DNA of 64,000 nt, taken from the NCBI GenBank assembly GCA_963773595.1, contig CAVZBQ010000003.1, forward strand, positions 187,655-251,654, in the 5' to 3' direction. The stretch comes from an uncultured Actinomycetota bacterium. GTDB taxonomy: Bacteria > Actinomycetota > Actinomycetes > Propionibacteriales > Propionibacteriaceae. The notes under the pieces were generated by a model. The model had not been told where the DNA came from, did no database searches, and saw only the letters and a program-made list of their open reading frames with translations. The position numbers and the translations under genes are program-made. Positions 43,866 through 59,600 of the stretch are shown in pieces (position 1 is the stretch's first letter; each line of letters opens with the position of its first letter).

Positions 43866-45448
43866 GATGCGGCTCCGGTCACTGGTTCGGGTTCGGTGGC
43901 GCCCTCGGCGATCAGGGCCAGCAGGTCGTCGACGTCCAGGCCGTCGTTGAGCAGGTCGGCCACCTTCTGCCGGTCGCGCAGCACGACGATCCGGTTGCTC
44001 AGGCGGAGCACTTCCTCGAGCTCCGCGGAGATGAACAGCACGCTCATCCCGTTCTCCGCGAGGCTGTAGACGAGCTTCTGGATCTCGGCCTTCGCGCCGA
44101 CGTCGATGCCACGGGTGGGTTCGTCGAGGATCAGCAGGCGTGGCGCGATGGCCAGCCAGCGGGCGAGCAGCACCTTCTGCTGGTTGCCGCCGGAGAGGTT
44201 GCGGACGGGGGTGTCCGCGTTCGGGGTCTTGATGTTGAGGGCCTCGATGTAGCTGGCGGCGAGTTCGTCCTGGCGCTTGCGCGGGATCGGCCGGAACCAG
44301 CCACGGTCGGCCTGGAGCGCGAGGATGACGTTGTCGCGCACGCTGAGCTCGTCGACGATGCCCTTCCGCGCGCCGGTTCTCCGAGGAGTAGGCGATGCGG
44401 TGCTTGATGGCCTGCCGCGGCGTCCGCAGCTTGATGGTCTCGCCGTTGACCTCGAGCTGGCCCGCGTCGGTGCGGTCGACGCCGCCGATCAGGCGGGCGA
44501 TCTCGGTGCGTCCCGAGCCGAGCAGGCCGGCGAGGCCGACCACCTCACCCGCGCCGACGACCAGGTCGACGGGCGCGATCGCGCCCTTGCGGGTGATGCC
44601 GGTCGCGACGAGGAAGGGCTTGACGCCCTCCTCCGGAGCGACGTCACGCTCGCCCGAATGGACGCGGCTCTCCAGGTCTTCGAGGGTGGCGAGTTCCTTG
44701 CCGATCATGGCCTGCACCAGGTCGATGCGCAGCAGCTCCGGGGTGAGGTACTCCCCCACCAGCTGCCCGTTGCGCAGGACGGTGAGCCGGTCGCTGATCT
44801 CGTAGACCTGGTCGAGGAAGTGGCTGACGAACAGGATCGCGACGCCCGGACTCCTTCAGGGAGCGGATCACGCGGAACAGCTCGGCGACCTCCTCGAGGT
44901 CGAGGCTCGAGGTGGGCTCGTCGAGGATCAGCACCTTGGCCTTGATGTCGATGGCGCGGGCGATGGCGACCAGCTGCTGGACGGCCAGCGAGTGCGAGTT
45001 GAGCAGCGAGTTGGGATCGACGTCGAGGCTGAGGCCCTCGAGGATCTCCGCCGCCCGGCGACGCATCGCCCGCCAGTTGATGCCACCGAAGCGCCGGGGC
45101 TCGCGTCCGAGCAGGACGTTCTCCGCGACGGTGAGGTTCCCGCAGGAGGTTGACCTCCTGGTACACGGTGCTGATGCCGGCGGCCTGCGCCTGGGCCGGC
45201 TCGGAGAAGGTGACCTGCTCGCCGCCGAGCCGGATGACGCCGCTGTCGACGCTGTAGACGCCGGTGAGCGCCTTGATCAGGGTGGACTTGCCGGCGCCGT
45301 TCTCCCCCATCAGCGAGTGCACCTCGCCGGGGAACATCCGGAAGTCGACCCCGTCCAGGGCCTTCACGCCGGGGAAGCTGATCGAGATGTCTGTCATCTC
45401 GACGACCGGGGCCTGGCTGGGGACCGGCGCTTTCACAGTGTCAGGCAT
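43862..45448 (-). CDS. ytfR: Sugar ABC ATP-binding protein, YtfR-like (frameshifted)
   Basis: [16 protein letters not shown] twice, LSGGNQQKV. Confidence 0.88.
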
Positions 45449-45550
45449 CGTTGCTTTCCTTCTCCCGGTTCGGCTTACCCGCACGCCGGTGGGTGCGCGG
45501 CCAGGGCCACGCACCCACCTTGGGGCGGGGAAAGGGTACTGCGCCGAGGC

Positions 45551-46536
45551 TCAGTACTTACGGTTGGGCAGGGCTGCCTTGGCCTGCTCCTGGGTGAAGG
45601 TGCCTTCCTCGGTGACGATCCGCGCGGGGACGGTCTCGCCCTTGTTGAGCTTGGTGATGATCTCGATCAGCTGCTTGCCCAGCAGCGGGGAGCACTCAAC
45701 GATGTAGTTGATCTTGCCGTCGGCCAGGGCCTGCATGCCGTCATGGACGGCGTCGACGGTGATGATCTTGATGTCCTTGCCGGGAACCTTGCCGGCAGCT
45801 TCGATGGCCTCGATGGCGCCGAGACCCATGTCGTCGTTGTGGGCGTAGATCACGGTTGCCTCGGGGTGGCTCTTCAGCAGTGCTTCTGCGACCTGCTTGC
45901 CGCCCGCACGGGTGAAGTCACCGGTCTGGCTGGCGACGACCTTGATGTTGGTATCGGACGCGATGGTGTCGGCGAAGCCCTTGGCGCGGTCGATGGCCGG
46001 AGCCGAACCGGTGGTGCCCTCGAGCTGGATCACGTTGACGGGAGCGGAAGCGCCCTTGGCGTCGGCCGAGCAGCCACTCGCCGGCCTTCTTGCCTTCCAG
46101 CACGAAGTCAGAGCCGAGGAACGTCTTGTACAGCGAGGTGTCCTTGGAGTCGACCGCGCGGTCGGTGAGGACGACCGGGATGTTGGCGGCCTTGGCCTCG
46201 TTGCAGGACGGCGTCCCAACCGGTCTGGACGACCGGGGAGAACGCGATGTAGTCCACCTTCTGCTGGATGTAGGAGCGGATCGCCTTGATCTGGTTCTCC
46301 TGCTTCTGCTGGGCGTCCGAGAACTGCAGCTTGATCTTCGCATCCGCGAACGCTGCCTGGATGTCCTTGGTGTTGGCGGTGCGCCAGCCGCTCTCCGCGC
46401 CCACCTGGGCGAAGCCGACCACGAGCTGGTCAAGCGACTTGGCCCCGCCGGTGTTTCCGGCCGGAGCTGCTCCGCCACAAGCTGTCAGTGCCAGCACCAG
46501 CGCGCCGGCGGCGAAAAGACCGATGGTCTTCTTCAT
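45551..46536 (-). CDS. ytfQ: Sugar ABC substrate-binding lipoprotein, YtfQ-like (galactofuranose/arabinose family); frameshifted
   Basis: Lipobox LTAC; VGFAQVGAESGWRTANT, DAQQKQENQIKA, QTGDFTR, HNDDM. Confidence 0.88.
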
Positions 46537-46616
46537 TCGACAAACCTCCTTGTTCGCACCCGGGGGTGGAGCGAACCCACCGGCACCGGACGGCCGCCTT
46601 TGGCCGTTAGCAGGAA

Positions 46617-46644
46617 TGTTAAGGCTCACATGTGAGCCTTAACA
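46617..46644. promoter_or_regulatory. Perfect 28-bp palindrome formed by two abutting LacI-type operators
   Basis: TGTTAAGGCTCACA-TGTGAGCCTTAACA; weaker related sites near 46696-46710 and 46722-46734. Confidence 0.8.
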
Positions 46645-46729
46645 ACGTCTCACAGGATCCGTTACCAAGTCGTTATCAAGCGCTCCCTCACGAGTGATAG
46701 CGGACAACATCCGGAATCGTGAGTAACGC

Positions 46730-47657
46730 TCACAACTGGGCGCTGCGCACGAGACCGAGAACCAGACCGTCGAGGATGTCCGCCTCACTCACGGTGAGCT
46801 CGGGAGCGAGGCGGGACGCGACCCGCCGTGCGATCAGCGCACCGCAGCAGATGACGTCGGCCCGGCCGGGAACCATCGTCGGCAGCTGTGTGACCGCGGC
46901 AACGGGCATGGCAAGAAGGCGCAGCCCCAGCTCCTCGAGCTCGCCGTGCGTGACGACCGAACCGTGCACCCGCGCGCGATCGTAGGTTGCCAGTCCCTGC
47001 GCGAGCGCGGAGAGGCTGGTCACCGTTCCACCCACACCCACCCACGTGCGCCACCGTCGCGAAGTCGATGCCGGAGGCGTCCAGCAGGGCGTCGATGTGG
47101 GCGGTCGCGGCGGCCACCTCTGCGGGGAGTGGCGGGTCGCCGTGCATGAAGCGCTCGCGTACCCGCACCGAGCCGATGTCCAGGGAGATCGCGTGCCGCA
47201 CCTGCCCGTCACTGCCGAGCACGAGCTCTGTCGAGCCGCCGCCGATGTCCATCACGAGCACCGGCTGCGCGACGTCGGGGAGGGCTCCGACGGCGCCGGC
47301 GTACGACAGCCGGGCCTCCTCCTCGCCGGGGATGATCTCCGCTTCGACGCCGAGGCGGGCGCGGGCACCGTCGAAGAACTCTGCCGAGTTGGCGGCGTCC
47401 CGTGCTGCGGAGGTCGCAACGACCCGTCGGTGGCTGACGCCGAGCTCGTCGAGTTCTGCGCCGAAGTCGGCCATGGCGTCCAGCGTGCGGGCGAGGGCCT
47501 CGGGGTGGAACCTGCCGGTGGCGTCCACTCCCTGGCCGAGTCGGGTGAGGTGCAGGCGGCGGTCCACCTCGACAAGGCGTCCGTCGACCAGCCGGCTCAC
47601 CAGCAGGCGGACGGAGTTGGTGCCGCAGTCGACGGCTGCCAGCAGGGGCTCACTCAT
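46730..47657 (-). CDS. ppx: Ppx/GppA family exopolyphosphatase (frameshift near 47050)
   Basis: AAVDCGTNSVRL, ATSAARDA, DIGGGSTE, GRADVI, SEADILDG. Confidence 0.93.
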
Positions 47658-48186
47658 CGCCGGTCTCCTGTGCAGCGTCGTGCCCGCTGAGGCAGGGCCG
47701 CGCCCAGAACTCGCCGAGCCGGGCGAGGGTGATGTCGCCCAGCGGATTCACGCCGGGGCCGGCGGCGAGGGAGTGTGCTGCCAGCACGTGCAGGCACTTG
47801 ACCCGGGTGGGCATGCCGCCGGCGCTGATGCCGTCGATCTCCGGCACCGTCCCCAGCCCTGCCCGGTCTGCGAGGTAGGCGACGTGCGCCCGCTCGTACC
47901 CTGCGGCCAGGTCGGGCTCTGCTGCGAGGCGTCCGGCCAGTTCGGTCATCAGGCCTTCCGCCTCCAGCGTCGAGCAGGCAGCTGTCGCCCGTGGGCAGGT
48001 GAGGTAGTAGGTGGTCGGGAACGGGGTGCCGTCCGGCAGTCGCGGGTGCGTGGCCACCACCCCCGGCTTCCCGCACGGGCACCGCCACGCCACTCCGGCG
48101 ACCCCACGGGCCTCACGCCCCAACTGGGCTGCGACGGTCTCTGCGTCCGCGGGACTGAGGGGTTCGAAGCTCGGCACGGCCGTCAT
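47650..48186 (-). CDS. DUF501 family protein
   Basis: PRLPDGTPFPTTYYLTCP, AGGMPTRVKCLH. Confidence 0.95.
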   Translation of the reverse strand: MTAVPSFEPLSPADAETVAAQLGREARGVAGVAWRCPCGKPGVVATHPRLPDGTPFPTTYYLTCPRATAACSTLEAEGLMTELAGRLAAEPDLAAGYERAHVAYLADRAGLGTVPEIDGISAGGMPTRVKCLHVLAAHSLAAGPGVNPLGDITLARLGEFWARPCLSGHDAAQETGDE

Positions 48187-48233
48187 TCTTCCATGACACC
48201 CTCGCGACACCCTCCGCCCCATCAGCACCGTTG

Positions 48234-48289
48234 CTCCCGAAACGTGCGGTCGCTCCCGGAATTCCGGGAGCGCGGGCGTGTTCCGGGAG
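48234..48289. repeat. Dispersed palindromic repeat, copy 2
   Basis: Perfect 22-bp core CGCTCCCGGAATTCCGGGAGCG (48251-48272) with outer arms; inverted relative to the copy at 18.7 kb. Confidence 0.75.
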
Positions 48290-48327
48290 CAGGAAGGCGG
48301 GCGGGGGGCGGACGCCGCGAATCCGGG

Positions 48328-48888
48328 TCAGGGGATGACGATCTTGCGGGTGGGGGCGTCGGCCGTGCGGACAGAACCCCAGAGGCGGTCCCACCAGACG
48401 GGGTCGTGCTCGCCGGCGGGCAGGGCCTGCTCCGACTCGATCACCACTCCCCCGCCGATCGGCTTGCCGTCGGCGCCGACGACGCGGTAGCCGGTCTCGC
48501 CCGGCATCACCCAGCCGAGCCGGTCACGGGCCTGGGCCTTCACGTACTCGGGGTCGTTCCAGCGGGCCAGTTCCGTCTCCAGGTCGGCGATCTGCGCCGA
48601 ACGGTCACGGATCTGCTGCTGGGCGACGGCCAGGTCGTGCTGCTGGGAGAGGTAGATCCGCAGCGACTGCCCGAACGAGATGGCCAGCACGACGACGACG
48701 AGCAGCAGGACGGACGCGCGGCGGGTGAGGTGCAGGCCGCGGCGCCACGCCGGGACGGCGGCCTGCGACGTCACCGGGGTCGCATCGGGCGTCACGGGGC
48801 TGGACGTACGAGTACCGGCCCGGGAGCGCCTGTTGGTGCGTCCCGGGCCGGTACTGGTGCTACGTGGGCTACGCGGTGTGCGTGCCAT
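48328..48888 (-). CDS. divIC: Septum formation initiator (FtsB/DivIC family)
   Basis: TM helix + coiled coil + WNDPEYVKAQARDRLGWVMPGE. Confidence 0.9.
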   Translation of the reverse strand: MARTPRSPRSTSTGPGRTNRRSRAGTRTSSPVTPDATPVTSQAAVPAWRRGLHLTRRASVLLLVVVVLAISFGQSLRIYLSQQHDLAVAQQQIRDRSAQIADLETELARWNDPEYVKAQARDRLGWVMPGETGYRVVGADGKPIGGGVVIESEQALPAGEHDPVWWDRLWGSVRTADAPTRKIVIP

Positions 48889-48923
48889 GATCCTCGGCCC
48901 TCATCGGGTCAAGGATAGGTTCC

Positions 48924-50216
<1,293 letters not shown>

Positions 50217-50307
50217 TCAGGAGTGATCAAGTCGTCGGAAACACCCTATCGTCAGGTCCGCCCGCTGGACGCCGACGGACCTTGTTCGTCAGGGTTCCCG
50301 GACTGCG

Positions 50308-50665
50308 CTATCCGGCCCTGTCGGGTTCGTTGCCGGACGTCGCGCCGGACGCGAACTCCGGTGGTCACCCCGGTTGGCCCTCCGCCGCCCTCCACCGATC
50401 ACCTGCTCGTGCGAGACCTGGTGCGAGTGGTACCGTCGACGAGCTGGCCCTCACGCGCCCGGATCGTCGGGCCCGGCGAGGTGCCGTTGACGGCGTAGCC
50501 GGCCACGCCGAAGTTGCCGATCGTCACCGACAGCGAGGACGGCAGCAGGCTCGACCACCACAGCACGCCGAGCGGGACCAGCAGGACGACGGCGACGGCG
50601 ATCGGCAGCCAGACCCGCAGCCGGAGCCGGCGGCGACGTGCCGCCGGCTCTGGCGTCGCTGTCAC
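50308..50665 (-). pseudogene. Internally deleted multicopper oxidase remnant
   Basis: TM + SLLP; GYAVNGTSPGPTIRAREGQLV; YHSHQVSHEQVIGG in another frame; GVTT...GNEPD tail. Confidence 0.7.
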
Positions 50666-50700
50666 CTAGGCGACCGCTGGCACCGACTCGGCCGGCGCCG

Positions 50701-51135
50701 TCACGGCCGCTGCGCGCCAGCGCCCTCTGGCCGGCGAGGAGCGCGACGGTGAACAGCAGCAGTGGCGTTGATGCCGTGGCTCAGGCCGGCGATCGAGACG
50801 CTGTGGCCGAGGATGCCCAGGGTGACCTGCAGGGCACCAGCGCGGCGACGCCGACAGCCCACGCGACGCCGCGCGGGATCTTGGCGAAGAACGAGATCAC
50901 CAGCAGGAGCAGCGCCACCACCGGGATCACCATCATGCCGTTCATGCCGTGCAGCATGAAGCCTGCGGCTTCGGGGAACGGCGGCGAGGCCTCCGACTCG
51001 AGGGTGGCCTGGTCGATCGTGCCGCCGCCGCTGATCCACAGGAACAGGCCCGAGTCGGCCCAGACGGCGAAGCGATGCCTGGAGTGCGACGAGCCCGCAC
51101 ACGATGAAGGCGAGCACGGCGTAGAAGCGTTTCAT
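50701..51135 (-). CDS. Small multi-TM membrane protein (frameshifted)
   Basis: Hydrophobic segments with His motifs (MLHGMNG, HGIN) across frames; AGAGGGG RBS. Confidence 0.6.
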   Translation of the reverse strand: MKRFYAVLAFIVCGLVALQASLRRLGRLGPVPVDQRRRHDRPGHPRVGGLAAVPRSRRLHAARHERHDGDPGGGAAPAGDLVLRQDPARRRVGCRRRRAGALQVTLGILGHSVSIAGLSHGINATAAVHRRAPRRPEGAGAQRP

Positions 51136-51233
51136 CTCATCCCCTCTTCTCCGACTGAGACGAGGATGTGCAACCGCGCCGGGTGCCCGCCAGCCGCAAG
51201 ATTGCCCAGCCGACGCGGTGTCTCAGGGACGAA

Positions 51234-51864
51234 TCAGGGTTGGCTCTCGGCCGCCCGCACGCGCTCCTCCAGCGCCCGCAGGGCCGAGCGGGCCTCCTGC
51301 TCCGGATCGAGCCCGAGCTCCTCCGCCCGGGCGACCAGGCGCAGGAACTCCACACCCACGGCGTCGGCAGGCGACGTCCGTACCGGTCACGTCCAGCACC
51401 CCGGGGTCGAGCCCGTGGCTGCGGGCGCGCACGAGGACCTTGTGGGCACGGGTCAGCGCGGACAGCCGCTCGGGGATGCCGTCGAGGGCGGAGTCGCGCG
51501 ACTTCTCGACGGCCTTCGCCCGCTCCCACGACCCGACGAGGTCGGTGGGCACCTCTGCGTCGGTGAACACGTAGGGGTGGCGGGCGATCAGCTTGTCGCT
51601 GATGCGGCGGGCGACGTCCTCGATGTCGAAGCGGCCGCTCTCGGCTGCGATCTCCGCGTGGAACACGACCTGCAGCAACAGGTCGCCCAGCTCCTCGGTG
51701 AGCTCGGTGTCGTCGCCGGCCTCGATGGCCTCGACCACCTCGAGGGTCTCCTCCACCAGGTAGCGGACGAGGCTGGCGTGGGTCTGTTCGGCGTCCCACG
51801 GGCAACCGGTGCGGAGGCGGTGCATCACCGCGACCAGCCGGCTGAGTTCAGGTTGGGTGTTCAC
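51234..51864 (-). CDS. mazG: MazG family NTP pyrophosphohydrolase (frameshift near 51370)
   Basis: CPWDAEQTH.SL..YLVEE, EELGDLLLQVVFH, KLIARHPYVF. Confidence 0.93.
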
Positions 51865-52407
51865 CCCTTGGTGGGGGCCGCCTCGGACAGCGAGCCGGAG
51901 CTGCCGTCGACCAGGCCGTGCTTGGTGTCGTCCCACACGCCGAAGCGCGGGTTCACCCGCACCGGGGTCTTCGCGAGCAGGTCGCTGAACGCCGTTGCCG
52001 CAGCCTGGTCGCTTGAGGACGGTGCTGGCGTCGGCGAAGCGCACCATGAAGCCGGACGTGACCGGGTTCTTCGCCAGCGCCGGGTACAGGTCGACGGTGG
52101 CGTAGAAGGCGTCGCGCTGCGCGTCGGTGACCGTGATGGCCTTGTCCTTGGCGACCTTCGCTGCAATCTCCGACTGCACCATGATCTGCATCACGTTGGC
52201 CGCGAACGAGGCGCCCGTGTCGTAGGCGTCACTGGTCGTGGCGGCGATCTCGTTGGCGATGGTGTCCACCTCCGACTGCGTCACCGTCATGTTGACGGCA
52301 CTGCCAGGGCCGCCGACGTAGGCAGCCACCTGCGGGTTGCTCCCGCAACCGGTCAGCGCCAGCAGTCCGGCCGTAGCCAGAGCCGCAACCATCACACGTG
52401 CCTTCAT
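51861..52407 (-). CDS. SurA-N-like lipoprotein (frameshift near 52015)
   Basis: Lipobox LTGC, AAYVG, C-terminal V.VNPRFG.WD; located between mfd and mazG. Confidence 0.75.
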
Positions 52408-52441
52408 CCTGCCCGCCTTCTCAACGTAGACCGTGGCGATC

Positions 52442-56058
<3,617 letters not shown>

Positions 56059-56087
56059 CGCATCACCCTACTCGTCTGCACAGACGA

Positions 56088-56120
56088 CATCCGCAGCAGA
56101 GCTGTGCCCTGCTGCGGATG
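56088..56120 (-). terminator. Intrinsic terminator-like hairpin
   Basis: CATCCGCAGCAG / CTGCTGCGGATG 12-bp stem downstream of the lipoprotein gene. Confidence 0.65.
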
Positions 56121-56131
56121 CTGTTGGTCGT

Positions 56132-56566
56132 TCAGGCCTTGATGGTGCCGTACTCGACACCCTTGACGCACTGGGTGGCGCCGGGGGCGACGGTCGCCTT
56201 GATCTCGAAGCTGGTCTTCTTGCCGGGAACCAGGTCCTGGATCACCTTGAAGCCGCGGCCCATGACGTCACCGGACGCTGTCGTCCAGCTCACCGTCACG
56301 AGGAAGTCCTCGGTGGTGGTGAGGGTGGAGGTCAGCTCGCCGGTCACGACCTGCTCGCCGGCTGCTGTCTTGCAGTCACCCAGCACGAGGTCCTTCACGT
56401 CACCCTTGGAGTCGGTGATGGTCGGCGGGGTGGGCAGGTCCGTCGGGGAGACCCGGCTGGGGTCGACTGAGGCGCCGGCCGTCGGGGCCGCAGGAGCGAC
56501 GCAGCCGACGAGGCCGCTTCCCAGCGCGACGCTCAGAAGGGCGACGGCGATCCGTGTGGTGTTCAT
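56132..56566 (-). CDS. Hypothetical lipoprotein
   Basis: Lipobox LVGC, Pro/Thr linker, small beta domain with two Cys; AAGGAG RBS. Confidence 0.8.
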   Translation of the reverse strand: MNTTRIAVALLSVALGSGLVGCVAPAAPTAGASVDPSRVSPTDLPTPPTITDSKGDVKDLVLGDCKTAAGEQVVTGELTSTLTTTEDFLVTVSWTTASGDVMGRGFKVIQDLVPGKKTSFEIKATVAPGATQCVKGVEYGTIKA

Positions 56567-56610
56567 GTTCTCCTTGATTCGATTTCCAAGCCAGGCTGGC
56601 GGGCCGGCCG

Positions 56611-59600
56611 TCAGGCCTTACGGCGGCGTCGGGCCGCCAGCAGCAGGAGTACGCCTGCTGCGAGGATACCGCCGCCGAGGGCGACGAGTTCAGGGGCACC
56701 GGAAAGGCCGGTGTAGGCGAGGCCGCCGCCGCTGTGACCACCGTGGCCGCCGCCCCCGTCGGTCTCGCCCTCGACCACTGCGGTGGTGACGGTGACGGTG
56801 TCGGTGGCATCGACCGGCACGCAGCCGGCGGTCGCGCACCAGGAGGTGGACACACTGGCGACGTTGGTCACGTGGCCGAGCTTCACGTCGGCCTTCGTGA
56901 TCGCGTACGGCGCACCGGTGCAGGTCATCGAAGCCCCCGGCGCGAGGGTGTCGGTCGGGCAGCTCAGGGAGGCCAGCAGCGGGTCGGCGAGCGTCGACGC
57001 CGCTCAACGTGACGTTGCCGGTGTTCGTGACGACGAAGGTGAAGTTCACCAGGTCACCCTCGACGACCTCTGCCATGACGTCGGCGCTCTTGTCGAGGCT
57101 GAGGGCGGGCAGCTGCGCCAGCGGCGTGCTGACCGAGTCGGCGTCGCTCACCGGGTCGCCGGTCGGCGGGGTGCCGGTGACTGCTGCCGTGTTGGTCACC
57201 GTGCCCGCGTCCACGTCGGCCTGGGTGAGGGTGTAGCGGGCGGTGCAGGTGGTGGTCTCACCGGGTGCGAGCGTTGCGACCGGGCAGGTCACGGTGCCCA
57301 CCTTGGCGTCGGTGACGGCCACTGCTGCGAGGGTCACGTTGCCGCTGTTGGTCACCTCGAAGGTGTACTCGATGGTGCCGCCGGCCTGCGCGCTGGACGG
57401 TGCCCCGGCCTGCTTGTCCAGGGTGATGGACGGGCCGGGCGTGATCGGGAGGTCGACGGCGTCGGTGGCGGTCACCGGGTCCCCGGCCGGCGTGGTGCCC
57501 GAGACGGTGGCCTCGTTGTGCACGAGGCCGGTGTCGACGTCGGCCTGGGTGAGCAGGTAGGTCGCGGTGCAGGTGGTGGACGCCCCCGGCGCGAGCGTGG
57601 TGTCCGGGCAGGTGACCGTGCCGGCCTTGGCGTCGGTGACCTCGACTCCTGCGAGGGTGACGTTGCCGGTGTTGGTGACGGCGAAGGTGTAGTCGATCGT
57701 GTCACCGGCGTGCTGACCGTTGACCGTGCCGCCCTTCACCAGGTCGATGCCGGGGTTGGCGACGATCGGGCTGGTCTCGGTGTCCGTCGCGGTCACGTCG
57801 TCGCCGGCGGGCGGGGTGCCGGTCGCCGTCGCGGTGTTGACCACGACGCCCGCGTCCACGTCGGCCTGGGTCAGCGTGTAGGTGGCCGTGCAGGTGACGG
57901 AAGCGGCCGGGGCGAGCGTGGTGTCCGGGCAGGTGACGGTGCCGACCTTGGCGTCGCTGACGCTCACCGGGTTCAGGGTGACGTTGCCCTCGTTGGTGAC
58001 GAGGAAGGTGTAGGCGATCGTCGACCCGGCGGTGTTGCCCGTCGGAGCGCCGGCCTGCTTGTCGAGCGTGAGCGCCGGCGCTGCTGCGATCGGGGTGCTG
58101 GTGGTGTCACCGGCGGTGACGGCGTCGCCCGTCGGCGGGGTGCCGGTCGCGGTGGCGCTGTTGTCCACGACACCGGCGTCCACGTCGGCCTGGGTGAGCG
58201 TGTACGTCGCGGTGCAGGTGATGGACGCGCCCGGCGCAAGCGCGCTGTCCGGGCAGGTGACGCGTGCCGACCTTCGGGTCACTGACCGCGACAGCGGTGA
58301 GGCTGACGTTGCCGGTGTTCGTGACGATGAAGGTGTAGCCGATGGTCGAGCCGGCGATGGTGCCGGACGGGACGCCGGCCACCTTGTCCAGCGAGATCGC
58401 GGGACCGGAGTTGATGGTGGTGTCGGTGGCGTCGTTGGCTGTGACGTCAGCACCGCTCGGCGGGGTGCCGGTCACGGTGGCGGAGTTGGCGAAGTGCCCG
58501 GCGTCGACGTCGGCCTGCGTGAGCGTGTAGCCGGCCGTGCAGGTGGTGGACGCGCCCGGCGCCAGTGTCACGGCCGGGCAGGTGACCGTGCCGACGCTCG
58601 GGTCGGACACCGCGACGGCGGTCAGGGTCACGTTGCCGGTGTTGGTGACGGCGAACGTGTAGGCGATGGTCGAGCCGGCGATGTTGCCGGTGGGCGTCCC
58701 CGCCTGCTTGTCGAGGGCGATCGACGGGGTGCGGGCGATCGTCGTGCTGGTCGTGTCACCACCGGTGACCGGTGCACCGGTCGGGGGCGTGCCCGTGGCG
58801 GTGGCGCTGTTGTCCACGTGCCCGGCGTCCACGTCGGCCTGGGTCAGCGTGTAGGTCGCTGTGCAGGTGATGTCGTCACCGGGAGCCAGCGTGACGGCCG
58901 GGCAGGTGACCGAGCCGACCGGTCGGGTCGGACACCGCGACCGCGGTGAGGGTGACGTTGCCGGTGTTGCGTCACGAGGAAGGTGTAGGCGATCGTCGAG
59001 CCGGCGGTCGTGCCGGACGGCGTCCCTGCCTGCTTGTCGAGCGTGATCGACGGCGAGGCAGCGATGCGTCGTGCTGGTGGTGTCGCCGGCGGTCACCGTG
59101 CCGCCGGTCGGCGTGCGTGCCGGCGGCGGTGGCGGTGTTGTCGACCTGCCCGGCGTCCACGTCGGCCTGGGTCAGCGTGTAGGTCGCCGTGCAGGTGGTC
59201 GTCGTCACCGGGAGCCAGCGTGACGGCCGGGCAGGTGACCGTGCCGACCTTCGCGTCGGAGACGCCGACAGCGGTCAGCGTCACGTTGCCGGTGTTGCGT
59301 GACGACGAACGTGTAGGCGATCGTCGAGCCGGCGGTCGTGCCGGACGGCGTCGCCTGCCTGCTTGTCGAGCGTGATCGCCGGCGACGCCGGCGATGCCGG
59401 TGCTCGGTGGTGTCGCCACCGTTGACCGTGCCGCCGGTCGGCGTGGTGCCGGAGGCGGTGGCGCTGTTGTCCACGTGCCCGGCGTCCACGTCGGCCTGGG
59501 TCACGGTGTAGGTCGCGGTGCAGGTGGTGTCGTCACCGGGGGCGAGCGTCGGCGACCGGGCAGGTGACCGTGCCGACCTTCGCATCGGAGACGCCGACGG

